Shown here: one piece after another, positions 28,401-42,685 of the stretch
Numbering within the stretch: the first letter of the stretch is position 1
How the letters are laid out: each line of letters opens with the position of its first letter
Origin: Kudoa neothunni
Taxonomy: Eukaryota > Animalia > Cnidaria
Direction of reading: 5' to 3'
Length of the DNA: 64,000 bases
Assembly (NCBI GenBank): GCA_964304625.1
Contig: OZ199838.1
Span: 729,059-793,058, forward strand
Position numbers and translations under genes: made by a program
The notes under the pieces: generated by a model
What the model saw: the letters and a program-made list of their open reading frames with translations, nothing else
Told to the model about the DNA's origin: nothing
The model's database searches: none

Positions 28401-29346
28401 TTTTAAATATACGAAAATAGAATATGCAACCAACCTACAAATTTTTACAATCACATATGCGCATATATCAAGCTTCATTTATACGAAAAAGAAATTCCAC
28501 GTCTCAATCGTTTTGAATAAAAAAGGTTCGACTGTATATAGAAGATATATTTAATTATATAAAAATAGTCAGGTGTTTTTTGTATATAATTCAGTAAAAC
28601 ACAGGTCTACCGTCAACCTTTTTAATGAATTTATCAATTAATATTACTAAGTAAAACAATTAGTTATTTCCCTCGTATTTTGAATAAATAATAACTTGAT
28701 TTATTGTAATAACCTAACATATATTGAGATATTAGTACAAACTTTAGGAAAAAATTATTCCATTGTTTATTAGATATTACTACTATAATTATTTATAATG
28801 GTTATTCTATATTATCTAAAGATTAGATTAAATACGCCGTAAATATTATTCTTAAGCTGTGTTAAGTTACGTTAGTCTCTGATAAAGTATTACTGTCCAA
28901 TATTAAATTCCTTAACATTACTTGCAAGGGAATTAATCGGAAATATTTTAGATTCTTTATCATTTTTAGTACAGAAAAAATACTTTTATTATTGCAGAAC
29001 TAAGTATATAGCTTATATAGGATAGAATAATGTATCAAACGTAGAATTTTAAAAGAGTAGGTCTGAAATATTTAAAGGCAGATTCGGTAACAATTTTGTT
29101 ATATTCTTTTAATAATGTTAAAGTAAATGATATTATTACTTCAATTCTATATTGTCCTTTCCATTACATAAAAGGATATGTTAATTATCACGTTGATATA
29201 TTTTTATTAGTGAAAAGATTCTTCAATATCGTCTATTTTCCTATCATATAAAATGTTGGTTAAATAAAATTTGTAATTTTCTACGTTCGTAATGGTTCAT
29301 TTTTATTTAGTATTATAAAAAGACCTTTACAAATTATCACTCAAAC

Positions 29347-30912
29347 ATGAAATTTATTGAAATTATAATATTTCTATATAACTTTTCATTTTTTCTCAAA
29401 CTCCCACTAATAAGCCAATTAATATTCAAGAATATTTGTGAAGATACATATAACCTAACCCTGAACGAGTGTTATGACAACCATACTTTGAATAGTTTAG
29501 TTTCGCAGCACTCATCAAATTGGATGATTTGGTCTAATTGGGCTATACTGTTACCTACTCTGATTTCTATACTCTACATCAACTATAATTCAACCAAGTA
29601 TTCACCTGAAAAATTGATCTGGATCCCATGTTTATCGAGTTTACTAACTTCATGCATTGGAATATATCTCTCTCGTTTTCCATCGACTACAATTTACCTA
29701 TACGTATATTATCTACGCGATATAGTATTATTCCACGTTGTAAATAATATATAGTTCGCCTTATCATTCATTCCTAGTTTCTTTGGAGGACTAGGTTCAT
29801 TTAAATCACTGGTTCAAACCTATGTTTCTATCATCACAGACGAAAAAAACTTGAAAACTAAATTTGTAATGATTGAGGCTATTACAGTGATTGCACTGTG
29901 TCTTAGCGCAATTTTGAGTGGTGTTTTTATCACGTACATTGGCTATCTAATCTCATTTATCCTATTAATAATCGTGGAATTGTCAGTTATTGGACTATCA
30001 GTATTTCTTGATAGAGCCATACCAAAGTCTAATAATCCAATTATTCGACCTAGTAATATCTATAGAGTTACAATAGATACAATAAAATGTTTTAATACGG
30101 GTGCAATTTTAATATTCATTTCTCAAACTGCACTTGGTTTTGGTATATATTTTGAGGGTGATTATCTATAAAATTATAATTTCAGCTGAGATTCCTCTAC
30201 AAAAATTATATCTTTTATATTCAATGCATAGCAAATTCAATTTCTCCTCCATAAGTGGCGGTTTCATTCTCTTTTTCCTCTCACTTCCACGTGGTATTGG
30301 TTCTGCTGCCCTAATACCACTGTTTAACAAATACATCCAAAATGTGCCTTGTTGGAAATATTGCGCACTGTCCACAATTCTTCAGTTGGCTTTCTATTAT
30401 CTAGTGGGTTTCGCAAATAATAGGATCTACCTATTTGTTGGTATCTAAAATAGTATTAAGTCATGTTATTATTATTTATCTAGCTCCAATTTTGCTTATA
30501 TTTCAGGATATGATCAGAGCTTCATTCAACACAAGTTACACAAAATTATTTAAGGGCCAAAATAGAAGTATTCTTGATTATAGTATTATTTCACCATAAT
30601 TAATCGAATTTATTAGCGATAATTTATCCCTTACAAAATATAGCCGTAATACTGTTTTCAGCCATCGGGACATTTTTAGCCAATTGTTTCTACAAAAAAA
30701 CAATTACGTCCTTCTCTGGATTGGTTTATATTGTATTTGGAAGCATTGCTTTCGTAGCCACAGTATTGGGAACGTAACTACTTGTATATTTAAAGGAAAA
30801 ATATATAGAATATTTTAGTTTTGGCGTTTACCTTTTGGAGAAAGATTCAACTCTTGATGCAACCAGAACGTCAATAATACAAGAAAATATAGAGAATTCT
30901 GTTGATAAATAA
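29347..30912 (+). CDS. SLC46 (PCFT/HCP1)-like MFS transporter, paralog A (444 aa)
   Basis: Introns 29704-29754, 30143-30185, 30441-30483, 30568-30616 and 30774-30818 give a 1335-nt open CDS. Many hydrophobic helices. SLC46-like motifs IEIIIFLY, QLIFKNIC, VSQHSSNW, FFGG..SLVQTYVS, ANCFYKKT..FSGLVY. Confidence 0.85.
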
Positions 30913-32603
30913 TAATCTATGCTTGAGAAGCGATATTATTTAAATTTATATCTAATAATCTCTTTTTATATTATATAATTAATATGTTTTCTGGTAACTA
31001 ACTATTAATTCCAGTATTCTTATAAGTTACATTAGTATATTGACAATTCTTTTATAAATGAGGCTTTTAAAAATGTATTTCTAAATTTTATTAGCAAAAT
31101 ATTTAAATTTATTCCCATTGTTTTTATTTAAATACAATATGAGTGTTTTTGAGCTAAAATATTGCTTCATAGTATTAATTCAAATCAATATAAATTTGTT
31201 TTGACATTAGGCACATATATAATTTTTATGTATTAAATAATTAATTCGTATCTTTATATAAGTCGAATTCGAACTTAACACACTAAAATCATTCGATCTT
31301 TCACGGTTACATTGGTTTTATTCAATATTTCCAATACTCTAGGTTTTTTTCATGTTCTTTGATTTTTTTATTAATAAAAAAATCAAACGTTGTGTTGATA
31401 TATATATAATTAATTTAGATAATCAGTCTTTTAAATGATAATCAGGAAATATTATTGTTTGAATAATAAATCTAATAAGAATATAAAAATTAGGAATTTC
31501 GCATAGGTTTGAGTGTAGCAATATTTCTTCTAATTATATCGTATTATCTAATATTATTTACTTTTGTCATTTGGTCGTATTTCCGTGTTTATGTTTAAGC
31601 GGAACTTTGTTGTGACTATTAATAATTTCAATTACTTATTTTTAATTGTTGAAATAAATATCAAATTCGAGTCAATGTATGAAAAAAACATTTATAAAAT
31701 GTGCTTTAATTGTAATTGATAAAAGAAATTATTCTTAAAAATGGTCTAAAAATTTGTGGAAAAAGACATTTTTTTGGATTCCATAAGGACTTTTTAAAAA
31801 ATCCTGCCGCTTACTTTGCGGACAGAAAGGATAATCATTCTAATGGATACGATAAATAAAATTAAACCAGTTACTCGTAAAAATGATAATTATAGATTAA
31901 TTGCACTAAGTTTAATATATTATTTGAGTAGAAAATATTAAATGTTTAACATGACAATTTAAAAACGTATTATACCAAGAAGGAGAATATGCTGAGGTTA
32001 ACAACTCTCGAATAGGGAAATTATTAATATACATCTTCAATAATGAATATGAACTATTGAACGATGAATTTTTGTATTATTAATGTCATTTAAATAATAT
32101 TTTTTTAATATAATTGTTGTTGAGTCTTGGTGGTTTTTGATAATTCGAGTTGGTAGAACAGCCCCTTCTAGATATTTTAAATAATATAAACTTTAACGAA
32201 TTATTAAATTAACAATGAAGATTTTTTTAATATTATTATTATTATGTAGATTTATATGGCAATTACCTATAATATATATTTTAGATCTAATTACAGGCTT
32301 CAAATTTTTTGTGTATGGTTTATCTAAATTATAATGACAAATTAGATTATTTATGAATAATGTGAAATTAGTCCTATACAAATAAATAGAGTTATATATT
32401 AGTAGTATTTAGAGAATGCTATTTTTGACGTTTATAAATAAAGGAGATTGGACACAGTTGTGAGCAAACATCTCTATGATGCAATAACACGAATTAACAT
32501 TTCATATAATATAACAAAATTATATTTTAATATAATTATCGGCTCACAAACAATATATATATATATAAGGATTTGGTCGCTATTTACAAACAACCACACA
32601 CCA

Positions 32604-33470
32604 ATGATTGCACCAAGAAAGACATTCGATAAAATTTTTAATGAAGAGAAAAATTCCATCAATCATCTCAGTGAAGGGGACTTTCTTGGAGAGCCTTCTA
32701 ATTGTAGTAAATGTGGTGGAATCAGATTTTCGATCAATAGAAAAATTTGCGATGTTTTGCAAAGTATTGCCGGAAAAAAGTTTCTATTTTTGACTATAGG
32801 ACCATCAAAAATATGAAACTCAAAGTTAATGATTTCATGGAGTTGGCTTATTGTTGGTTAGTGGGTGTAAAAACTCTTAACTTGATCACTATTACTGGCC
32901 ACTCTTCTCAAACTATCACTAACTATTCCCACTATCTTAGACAAATGATGGCTGATAGTTTTGTATTCAAAGGAATTATAATTGGAGGAGAAAATACAGT
33001 CGTAGAAATTGATGAGTCGAAGTTTGGTAAAATAAAACATAACAAAGACCATGGTGTTAATGAAGCATGGGTTCTTGGAGGTGCCGAAAGCACATTAGAA
33101 AGAAGAATGTTTCTTGTGGAGGTATCTGATATAACTGCTAAGACTCTAATGAACAAATAAAAACTTATGTTAAACCAGGCTCAATTATCATCACTAAGTG
33201 TTTCAAAAGCCACGCCACACTTCATAATTTCTACGCTCATCACACTGTTAACCACAGTATAGAATATGAAAATAGTGTTTTGGGAGCTCATGCCAATACT
33301 ATTGAGGGCATTTGTGGTGCCAAAAAATACCGAATATCTCCAAGAAATAGAACATCATCAGTTAATGAGGATGGAGCATTTTGTATGGATGGCATTAATG
33401 AATTTCTTGGTGAATTCCAATGGAGAAGAATATATCAATATGACTAATAGAGTGGTTTCATACAATCTCT
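32604..33470 (+). mobile_element. Merlin / ISXO2 (IS1595-like) DDE transposase pseudogene
   Basis: CSKCG..RC...CRKKVSI zinc ribbon; IGGENTVVEIDESKFGK.K; WVLGG.E; VKPGSIII; HTVNHS; HANTIEG; frameshifted. Confidence 0.9.
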
Positions 33471-33651
33471 AAAAATCAAACAACTTTTATTAGCCTTTTT
33501 GTTGCATTATATATAAAAAATCTTTTTTTACAATAAATATAAGCACTATTTTATTGAGAATTAGGGGGCCTTGACCAAATTTTGGCCAATTTTTGTATAA
33601 TTTTTAACCTGCAAGCATATTTCAAAAAAAAAAACATATTAATATGATTTG

Positions 33652-35068
33652 TTACAAAGAATCGGTACAATCAAAACAATAAATAATGTTTCTTTTTATC
33701 CTATGTTTTGTGTAAACAAATTTGAAACAGTTAGAACATCTCAACCTGGATTTTTTATCTTTATTCCACCTACCTTCATAGTATAAAGCTGAATATTTAG
33801 TAGGGATTACGTTTCCATATCTACAGTCACCCAGAGTTTGATTTCGAATCGTCTGGGCTTGCTCTACATATATACACGATACTAGCATGTACCCCGAAAC
33901 CTTACAAACCTTTTGTGGACTGTAATATGCGTATCTGGTGAATAATACTTCAGGCAATTTTCATTAAATAGATTGAAAACTTGGCGACAAAGTTCAAATT
34001 TGTCACTTGTTGTATGAAACCGCTAAATTCTATTTGTTTTGTCGTCAAAACGGATGTTTCTATAAATATAAGTGAACCTAATTCTGAACATCAGTGTGGA
34101 GAAGAATAATTGTTTGAATAATGGACCACCATCCCTTATATTCCTATGGGCAAGCATCTTACCATTCAAACGCCTAGCGGCAATCAATATGCCTGTAAAT
34201 GCTCATGTTCCATCTTTCGACATTATTGCGTGTTTTTCTAGGTAAGTTTCTTCATTATATTTGTCGGTGTATTTTACTGTCTCATCAATTGTGGTTTTTG
34301 ACTTAAACTATTCAATGGAATAATTAATGAACGTTATATTTTTGACTTCTTCCAAAATGCCTCTGAGTGAAGTTACGATGTTATGTGATTTAGTTTTCGT
34401 TTTCATACAAATTCTTTTGGACCTTCCAAGACCAGATGGGGAATAAAAAAAACAGATTCATAACTGGGGTCTATTTAAGCGAAATTAACGTCACTTTGAA
34501 AATATTCATCAAAGTTAATATCAATAATAACACCATCTGATTTAGATATTTCATATTCTGAGAAGCTATCATTATCGACAAATATTCAATCGGTTTCTCA
34601 ATAACATCAATGGTTTGGTCTAATCTCATATTAAGTTATGGATATTTCAAAAAAATTATTTAATTATTGTTAACTTAATATCCGAAAGAAAGGTCATATG
34701 TGCGGTTATTTCGGATTAATAATCATTAATCCATTGGCGATATAATTTAGATAATCGCACCATTTTTTCACAAAATGGAACAGATATTATTAAATATTTC
34801 GACTCTTAATGTTATTTTTAATATTTATAAAAGAAAGGTGTAACATTAGAAAATAGTCCGCCACATTCAAAATTAACTGTAGTACTATTTTGGAATCTAT
34901 TCATTAGAATTAATTATATTATAACAACTTTTTATTAGGTTATTGTAATAATGGTAATAGAGGTTTTTTTGATACTTTGAAAATTAATAGAATCTGATTT
35001 TTGGATACAGAAATAAAATAGGTAATGTGGAGTCTCTTAAATACCCCAGTTGGGACCGAAAGAGTTAA
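33652..35068 (-). mobile_element. piggyBac transposase remnant (internally deleted)
   Basis: Minus strand NCLKYYSP..ITV....FRGTC*YRVYM*SKP..EIKLW and C-terminal RCSNC..V..H...CFDC; TTAA-ended terminus near 35065. Confidence 0.8.
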
Positions 35069-37028
35069 AGGAGAATTTAAAAGTATGCTGTAATCAGATG
35101 GATTCAATCCTTACATACTGAATCTAGGCTCTCAAATTTCGTTATAGCGACCATAAAACATAATTCTAGCAATAAAAATTAATCATCGTAAATTATTATA
35201 GAGTTATTCAGATTTTTCTACTTCCATAATATCTCTAAAATGATCTCAATTTTTTAATGTGTCCATCACAGTCTTTAAAAGTGTGATATTTAAAAAAAAA
35301 AAAAGTTTTATTTTTTGTCACCCCGGGGCTACTCATGAGTCTTATATTTCTTTATTTTTTGACTCAATTTTTCTGTTATGATATTTCCCCAATCCTATAC
35401 GAAACTGGCTAGTTCGCGCTAGTCTCGTATAAATGTCATTAATAAACATTGTCTGACAAAATGTTAATTAAAGATAAATAATTTATGAGGTAATTTGAAT
35501 ATTAATTCTAGGGATAAACAAATTTAATTCGTTATAAACATTCTATTTCAACTAAATAAACATTAAAAATATTTTAAACTAATTTCGATTGTATAACTGA
35601 AGTTTTTTTTGTTTAATTTCGAAGCTTAAAAAATTAACTAATAATATTTATATATATATATATCTTTTGTTAATTCTCCTTACATAAACATGTAAACATA
35701 CCCTTTATATCATTTTTTAAATTACATCATTGTCATGCGAAAAATATATTTAAAATTTCTACATTTATTATTAAGTCAATTAATATAGATAACTATAACA
35801 TTAATAGATATATAATAATTAAAAAACACTAATAGAAATCACCGAATATATTATTGAGATTTAAACAAATGCATTATATTGTTACCGTATTTAATATTAG
35901 AATTAAATCTCATTATTTTATGCGAGATAAAAAAAAAATTAGATATTATCAAAAAATTAAGTTTTAAGAGTTAGTCAATATTCTAGTGGTATATCATAAA
36001 TATTTAATTTTCAGATAATTACTCTAAAAATTCTTGATGTATAAAGTTTTTTTAAATTTCTTAAAATTAAATATCTATTGCGATCAAATCTGTCATTAAT
36101 TTTATCGGTTAAAATGTAGAATAGTGGCCGTAATCTAAATCAACGACCACGACAATAATCAAACCTGTTGTTTATTCTAATTTGTTGTATTTATAATTGT
36201 TTCACCATCAGTAGGTTATTTTCGGCACTCTATTTGTGTTCGATAATAGTTGTTGTAATATATTCTTTAGATGACTGATAGCCCCTCGGGGTTATTTCCA
36301 CAGGTCATACCATCTAATCGTTGTAGTAAAGCATACTTTATTTATCCTAAAATTTGAGTGACAACTATGATTTTTTATTGATCGTCATATTTAATCATTA
36401 GCGATTGCCTATTATTAATTCTATGTCTATAAGAATAAGAAATTCATATTTTCTTCAAGCATTAAATGTTATATTGTAGCAAATGCATAACGTTAACATA
36501 AAAAATAATTTATTATATAAAAATATTTTGTGTATTTATACTCCTGAACTTTTTATGTCATAAAATACATAATATTATATATGTATTATATCTTCAAAGG
36601 TTTTCCGAATCTTTTATCTTTTGCAAGTAGATATAAATAAATATTTACCACAATTTATTTGCGCTAGAAAACATTTTCAAAAATGAAATATGTTAATTTA
36701 TATACAAAACACAGTTGTTCGGCAATCACTTAAATTCAATAATGATGATAGGGACGTCAAAGTTCACGCCACAATGAGATATTATTGTATCAGATCTGAA
36801 ACTACTTCAATTACTCACACAATGGAAAATAAACCTATTATTGTTTCTGTTTTACTTAATTATTTGGCCTCTAAAAATTATTTATGTGCACATATTTAGA
36901 TTTTCAAAATTTTTTGGTTTTAAATTTTAATGCGACCCTCGGTGTTATAGCTATATCAACAACACAATGTGGTCCTAGCCTCTTAAATATAGACCCCTGA
37001 TCTATATATATATATATATATATATATA

Positions 37029-37097
37029 CAGTTAGTGACTGGTTTTACGCAATTTTTTCATGGTCCCGATGGATTACGTAAAACCGGTCACTAACTG
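37029..37097. mobile_element. 69-bp MITE (Tc1/mariner-pogo type) with 25-bp TIRs and TA flanks
   Basis: CAGTTAGTGACTGGTTTTACGCAAT ... ATTACGTAAAACCGGTCACTAACTG (2 mismatches); next to a (TA)n tract; the same terminus CAGTTAGTGACC occurs near 6015. Confidence 0.85.
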
Positions 37098-37902
37098 TAA
37101 TATTTTCGTTTTTATTTTGATAAGCATCGTTTCTTATATTTCGAACGTTTTATCATGTCACAATGGGTTAATTGTAATTTTAGATCATTGATCGAAAATA
37201 GAAATAAAACAATGTATTAATTCTTTAAATTTGAAAAGTAATTTCTAATAATTATTGGTATACAATGAGAACTACTGTATTTTTATCATTAAGATAAAAA
37301 AATGTGATACTTTTCAAATAAATATAATACTCTATATTATTCTTATATTTATTTTTATATAATATGAAGCTAAAGATCGTTATTTAGTGTATATATGATA
37401 AATTAATTAATATTATTATTTAAATCAAATCAAACTATTAACAATTCGTTTACTTACACTATTAAATATTTTAGAAATGAAATTCTTATTTAAAAAATTT
37501 ATATAAAAATGTAAATTATTACAATTAATGCTACGAATTCATCAACAATTATTCAAAATTAATTTATAAATTTAATTTTATTCCTTATAATTCTATTGTA
37601 TAATTTGTATATAATAAATTTTCGAAATCATTAATAGATAGCATTTGTAGTTTTCTTCATAAATCTATCATTTTTATCCCTTTGAATTGAAACTAAATAA
37701 TTGGTTTAAATTTACTTTATCTGTACTTATTAAATATTTAAAAAATTTATTTTAAATTTCATTAAGTATTTATGGTAGATTATGATTTTCAGAGAGTAAC
37801 AAAGAAGATAAAACAAACATATCTCGTTATTTTAGTTGGGAGATAATACATTTGTATAAAAGGAGAAAATACTGAATTTATTTTCTTGTTGGTGAAATTG
37901 CT

Positions 37903-38962
37903 ATGGCTTCAGTCTTATTCGTAACCAAAATGATTATATACTTAGGTTGCCACTTTTAATAATTATGATTTTAATATTTTTATTCAGGTTTTTTTGTTTT
38001 AAATATAAATCAATTGATACAAAATCAACGGGTATATTTCTAAACTATTATTAAACTTATTTTCAATCATAGAATGATGTAAAAAATCTAAGAAATCTAG
38101 GAAATAATGTTCGAAATAAAACGTTACAAAATATTCTGCATTATATGGATGGACGAAAAACGGTAAATCATAAAATGAATGAAAATTCTGATGTATTTTT
38201 TGTGTGTTTAAGAGTAAAACAAATATAAAAAAACTTGTTAATGAGGCAAGAAAAATTCTCTCCAAATTATACATCAATGGAAATCTTTGTGGCGAAAGAA
38301 TTATCTGTAACCGTGGTCAAGGTTATACAGAAAATGGGGTTAAAATTTAATATTGGATTTTTAGCATTGTTTATTCGGGAGATTGATTGTTTGTCTTGCT
38401 TGGTAGTTGTCATTTTGAATCCATTTAAGAATAATTATTTTAATAGGTGGTATTAAAAATTAGAAATAAAGGTAACAACAAGAACCTGGCTTATATTTTG
38501 TCAAAAATATTTGCCAAAAAATATCGGTTTAACGTAAATATAATAAATTAACAAAAATTATACATTTTTTAAGTCCAATCAATCTCTATCTCATGAGGAA
38601 TTACAGAGAAAGAACGAAAATTATTGCATTCATCTACAAATCTGCCCCGCTAGATTAGCTACTTCGATTTTCGTCCTGGATTTAGTGAGTAGAAGACGAT
38701 TTCCATATAGAGTAAAAACAATTGATTTTATATGTATTGTACGAAAATAATAATCTAGAATTTTATTGGATATTTATGTGATAGAGAAAATATTTGCTTC
38801 AACAATAATACAGAAAAGACATCCGATAATATTTCCAACATTACAAAAACCGATAATGATACAGCCAACCATTCTATCTTCAAATATAATACAACCCTAA
38901 CCCCAGGAGTTTCCATAAATATTTCAAAAGTGACTCTAATTGTTAACAATTACAATAACTAG
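37903..38962 (+). CDS. Secreted saposin-like (SAPLIP-like) protein, paralog 1
   Basis: Introns 37946-37987, 38032-38072, 38163-38212, 38322-38364, 38403-38446, 38534-38573 and 38712-38758 give an open CDS. Hydrophobic N-terminus; LCGERIIC, DCLSCL, YCIHLQICP, LCDRENIC; tail rich in N-x-T/S sequons. Gene model is firmer than the family call. Confidence 0.65.
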
Positions 38963-39899
38963 AATTTAATCCGATTTTTTTATTTGGCACAATCGCATAT
39001 GTTTATGAGGCATTTTAATCACTAATAACCCAATACAAATTGTTCAATAAAATAAGAAATTATAAACATCTAAATATTCTATGTTACCAACCAAAATAAA
39101 ATAATTATTGTATTTTAACGGCGATTATATATTAATAGGAAATAAATGAAGATTTCATGCAAATGAGTGATGAATTAAACAAACAGATAAATTTTATTTT
39201 AAACGAAATTATACGTTATATGGATACTCAAAAAAATAAAGTTAGAATATATTGTAATTATGAGTTTCAGCTATAAATTTTATTTTATAGTTCAATTTAC
39301 TCCAATTTGATAAGACTCAATTAGAGCTCACAATGAACAGAATATTCACTTCTAAGTTACTTTGTGGCAGACTTGTAGAATGTCATAAAAAATCATGTAA
39401 ACTCTCATCTACTATTAAATAATAATATTTAGTGATAAGACTGAATAACCCAAAGTATTGTATTCCTTGTCTGGTAATTTTTGTTAAACTTTATGAAATT
39501 ATATCGGCATAGTTACTATCACAAAAAAGCACTTTTAAGAATTTAAAAGTCAATAATAAATATATAGAAGTAATGTATTATACATTAATTTTCCATAATA
39601 AAAATATAGAGGAATAAACCTATTTATACTGTTCGAGACGATAACTACGAAAAATTTGTTCTTTTCTACCAGTTAAATTTGTGTCTTGGATCCAGCTACT
39701 GTGCTAAAAAAGATTACATACATATCTATGTGGATATATTAGATAATTATAGTTTTTAATGCACTATGAACCTAAGTCATTAAAATTGCTATATTTTAAT
39801 ATTTGGCATCTTTTCGAAGGCATCCAAAAATTTGAAATAAACAAATTTATAATTTTATTAATCACATATATTATTAAGTTTTTCGATCAAACGCGGCAA

Positions 39900-40480
39900 T
39901 TTGCAATCAAACACATTCGTTTAATAACCCCCAAAAATTAAGCTTTAACATTCATGACCCACAAATTACTATCATCATTGTGATTTATTCTAATATTACG
40001 TCTTATCGAGAAAAACCTTTCGTTATAGATTAGCGTCTCTCGATTGAATCTATCACAGTGCGATTATGCATAAATATAATTTCACCGCATTTATAGTTCG
40101 GTCTAGCAGAGGAGGTTAAATTAACCGTTTGAAAGGTTGGAGATACATTTACGGGCGTGAAATCTCCGTAGAGATAAAATTTCTTATTGATAGGGTATGG
40201 GATGGTGGTCGCAGTGAAGCTAGTATGTTTAGTTGGTTTAAATCCCACACTACCGCAGATAGATAAGTGCTGAGTGGTAGATGTTACTCATCCTTTTGTG
40301 CATACAGCGTTAATGGGGGTGGTTTGATCAACCATAACTCCACAACAGTGTTTACCACCTGTGAGGCGCGACAAAATTTTTGGTGGGACATGGAAATGTA
40401 AGAACGTTTAATGAAACGCGAAACATCCTGATTATTGGAGTTACACGGTTAATAGTGGGATAATTGGGAAGTCTGGCCAA
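39900..40480 (-). pseudogene. GC-elevated intronless degenerate reading frame of unknown (possibly viral or retroelement) origin
   Basis: One frame reads ..GGKHCCGVMVDQTTPINAVCTKG*VTST..CGSVGFKP..YKCGEIIF.. with scattered stops; visibly more GC-rich than the flanks. Confidence 0.3.
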
Positions 40481-41439
40481 CTTTTAAGTTAATATCATAA
40501 TTTTTGATATATCATTTTTATAAATGACAATTAATATCATCGAAACTACAAAAAAGCAATGACTAAGTATTAAGTATATGTAAATTAATAATAAAATTTA
40601 AAGTACCCTTCACCCAAATAGAATCCATATGATTTGATCTCAATCTTGTCTCTTTGAGAATGATATATCCCCATTTTGATTTAATCTAATATAGTATCGA
40701 TTAATTTCGATATTAAATATTTATTTTCAGTTTATAAGTCAGTTGTACATGAATGTCTTTCTTAATGAAGATAGAAATATCTCGAGTTTTACGTTATGCA
40801 ATTTTTGACAGAATAAAGAATTAAACATGTTAATTACTAAGGTTCAACGACGAATTAAATTAGATCTTGTCGAACACATTTTAATTCTATTTAGAAAAGA
40901 AATATATATATATATATTGACTTCAATTTTTGGCGTGATAAGTAGCTTATTAAAAGTTATGAACAGATAAAGTTAAAAAATTAATATTTTTGAAAAAGAT
41001 GGGCTCGATAAAAAAAAGATTAGGACACCCTGTACCACAACCTAATAATTTTCGCCAGGATTTATACCTTACAAAAAAATAGATAAGTGTTATTTCATCG
41101 AAACACTCAACAATAGCTAACTTCAACCATTTCTCGTCTTTACAATACCTCCTTATTATTAAATTTTTCCATAAAGAAAAAACATTCTCAATACGGTCTA
41201 GGAAGGGTGAATATGGAGACAGGTATTATACCACTAAATGTTAGCGTCTATTATGTCCTGAAGACCCCTGTAACTGTAATGGTGAATTTTTTCATTGTCC
41301 ATAATAAATGTTGGATTAACGACCCTATTATCAAACGGCATGTTTTCAGCTACTGCAACCAAACTTTGAAGCCTTTGTTGGTTAGAGCCTAATCATGTAT
41401 TTAATGATAAAAGGTATGACTTTTACTTACCGTTACAAA

Positions 41440-42215
41440 CAAAGAATTAGTCCAACTTCTAGCAACAGACACGAAACCAAAACCAGACTTGTCTCGCAAA
41501 GAGCCTCTTCTCTTTGGTTGTGTAACTAAAGAAAATCCCACTTCATTCAATAATAAAAGGCTATAATACATTTAAGTGATTTCTAAACCCTCTAACATTA
41601 CATATTTGAATTGTATATCTATTGTTGTAGAATAATTCGTCCTCTCATGAACGCTTACAATTGACTTAAGAGTGTAATAGAACTTTCCGATTACCTTATC
41701 GAGTGTACTAATGGATACGGTAGGCCCAAATTCGTCCTGGAATATTTTATAATTCTTTAAATAGATTAATGAATTATAATTATTAACAAAGATCATTTTA
41801 TCATTCCAGACCAATGATAGACATGATTGTTTGTCTCTTCCTATAGGTTTTGAATCAAGGATACCACAGCTTCTAAATTTGGACAATATCGACCAAACCA
41901 TATGTCGCGGTAACCTCATTTCGGAAGCGATACAATTATCACCTTTTCCAACTACGCAAAAATTATACATTTGCTCTCTTAGTTCGACAAAACTTTATTT
42001 TTCTTTGTTTTATTTTAGATTGCATATTTGATGCTGAGCTAGCCAAGTAGAATTGCTCTGAAACTGTAAACTCAAAGTCACTTGAAACTTAACACATACT
42101 TAGATTCAATTAGATTAACAAGGATTTGTTTAAAATATATGTGTAGCGTTAATCGAGAATGCGCTTTGAAACCTATATCTTGATTGCAAAACTGCCTACC
42201 TGATCGTGAAACTCT
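41440..42215 (-). mobile_element. Tc1/IS630-like transposase remnant
   Basis: HTH-like IASEMRLPRHMVWSILSKF; VSISTL....YTLK...HERTN; then LNEVGF (DE.GF motif). Confidence 0.7.
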
Positions 42216-42367
42216 ATATTATATTATATGCGTCCTTCTTTTTTAAATATTTAAAAACGTACCAGAATATTTAAAAAAATTATAAATTTAAGTAATTTTA
42301 AGAATTCTATTTATCTATATAAACTATGATTACTTTGACTATTCATTTATAAATAGGCAGTCGGTGT

Positions 42368-42685
42368 TCACCACGGATTCCTTCGAGTTGGTGGGAAATC
42401 AAAATATCCACTTCTAGTGGTATATTCGAAAAGGTGTCTGATGTAATTCTCTGTGTGTTCCCAATAGAACCTGTAATTGGGATATACGTCAATTATATTT
42501 TGAATTACATCCAAAGATATCGTACAGTCCGATAGTAAGTTAACCTTCGATCTCTAAATCATTAGAGGCGTAATAACAAATGAAACAGTTAAGATTTCAC
42601 GGAGCCAAACCACAATAAGCTTATAATTCTAGATGCGATTATTTTACTTAAAAATTACATTTCCATGTATGGACAAGACGAAAAA
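42368..42685 (-). CDS. Small multi-exon orphan protein, 5' end unresolved
   Basis: Three phase-compatible GT-AG introns (39, 47, 38 nt) give ..FRLVHTWKSYCGLAPDRRLTYYRTVRYLWMFYWEHTENYIRHLFEYTTRSGYFDFPPTRRNPW*. Confidence 0.45.

Noticed and set aside
29704-30616. Recursive or nested splicing suggested by repeated internal TAGTATT in SLC46 introns
   Set aside because: Removing the first part does not regenerate a GT donor; the motif is common in AT-rich DNA and absent from most other introns
32604-33470. Bacterial IS1595 insertion or contamination
   Set aside because: Embedded among intron-containing genes with the same composition; the eukaryotic Merlin family explains it
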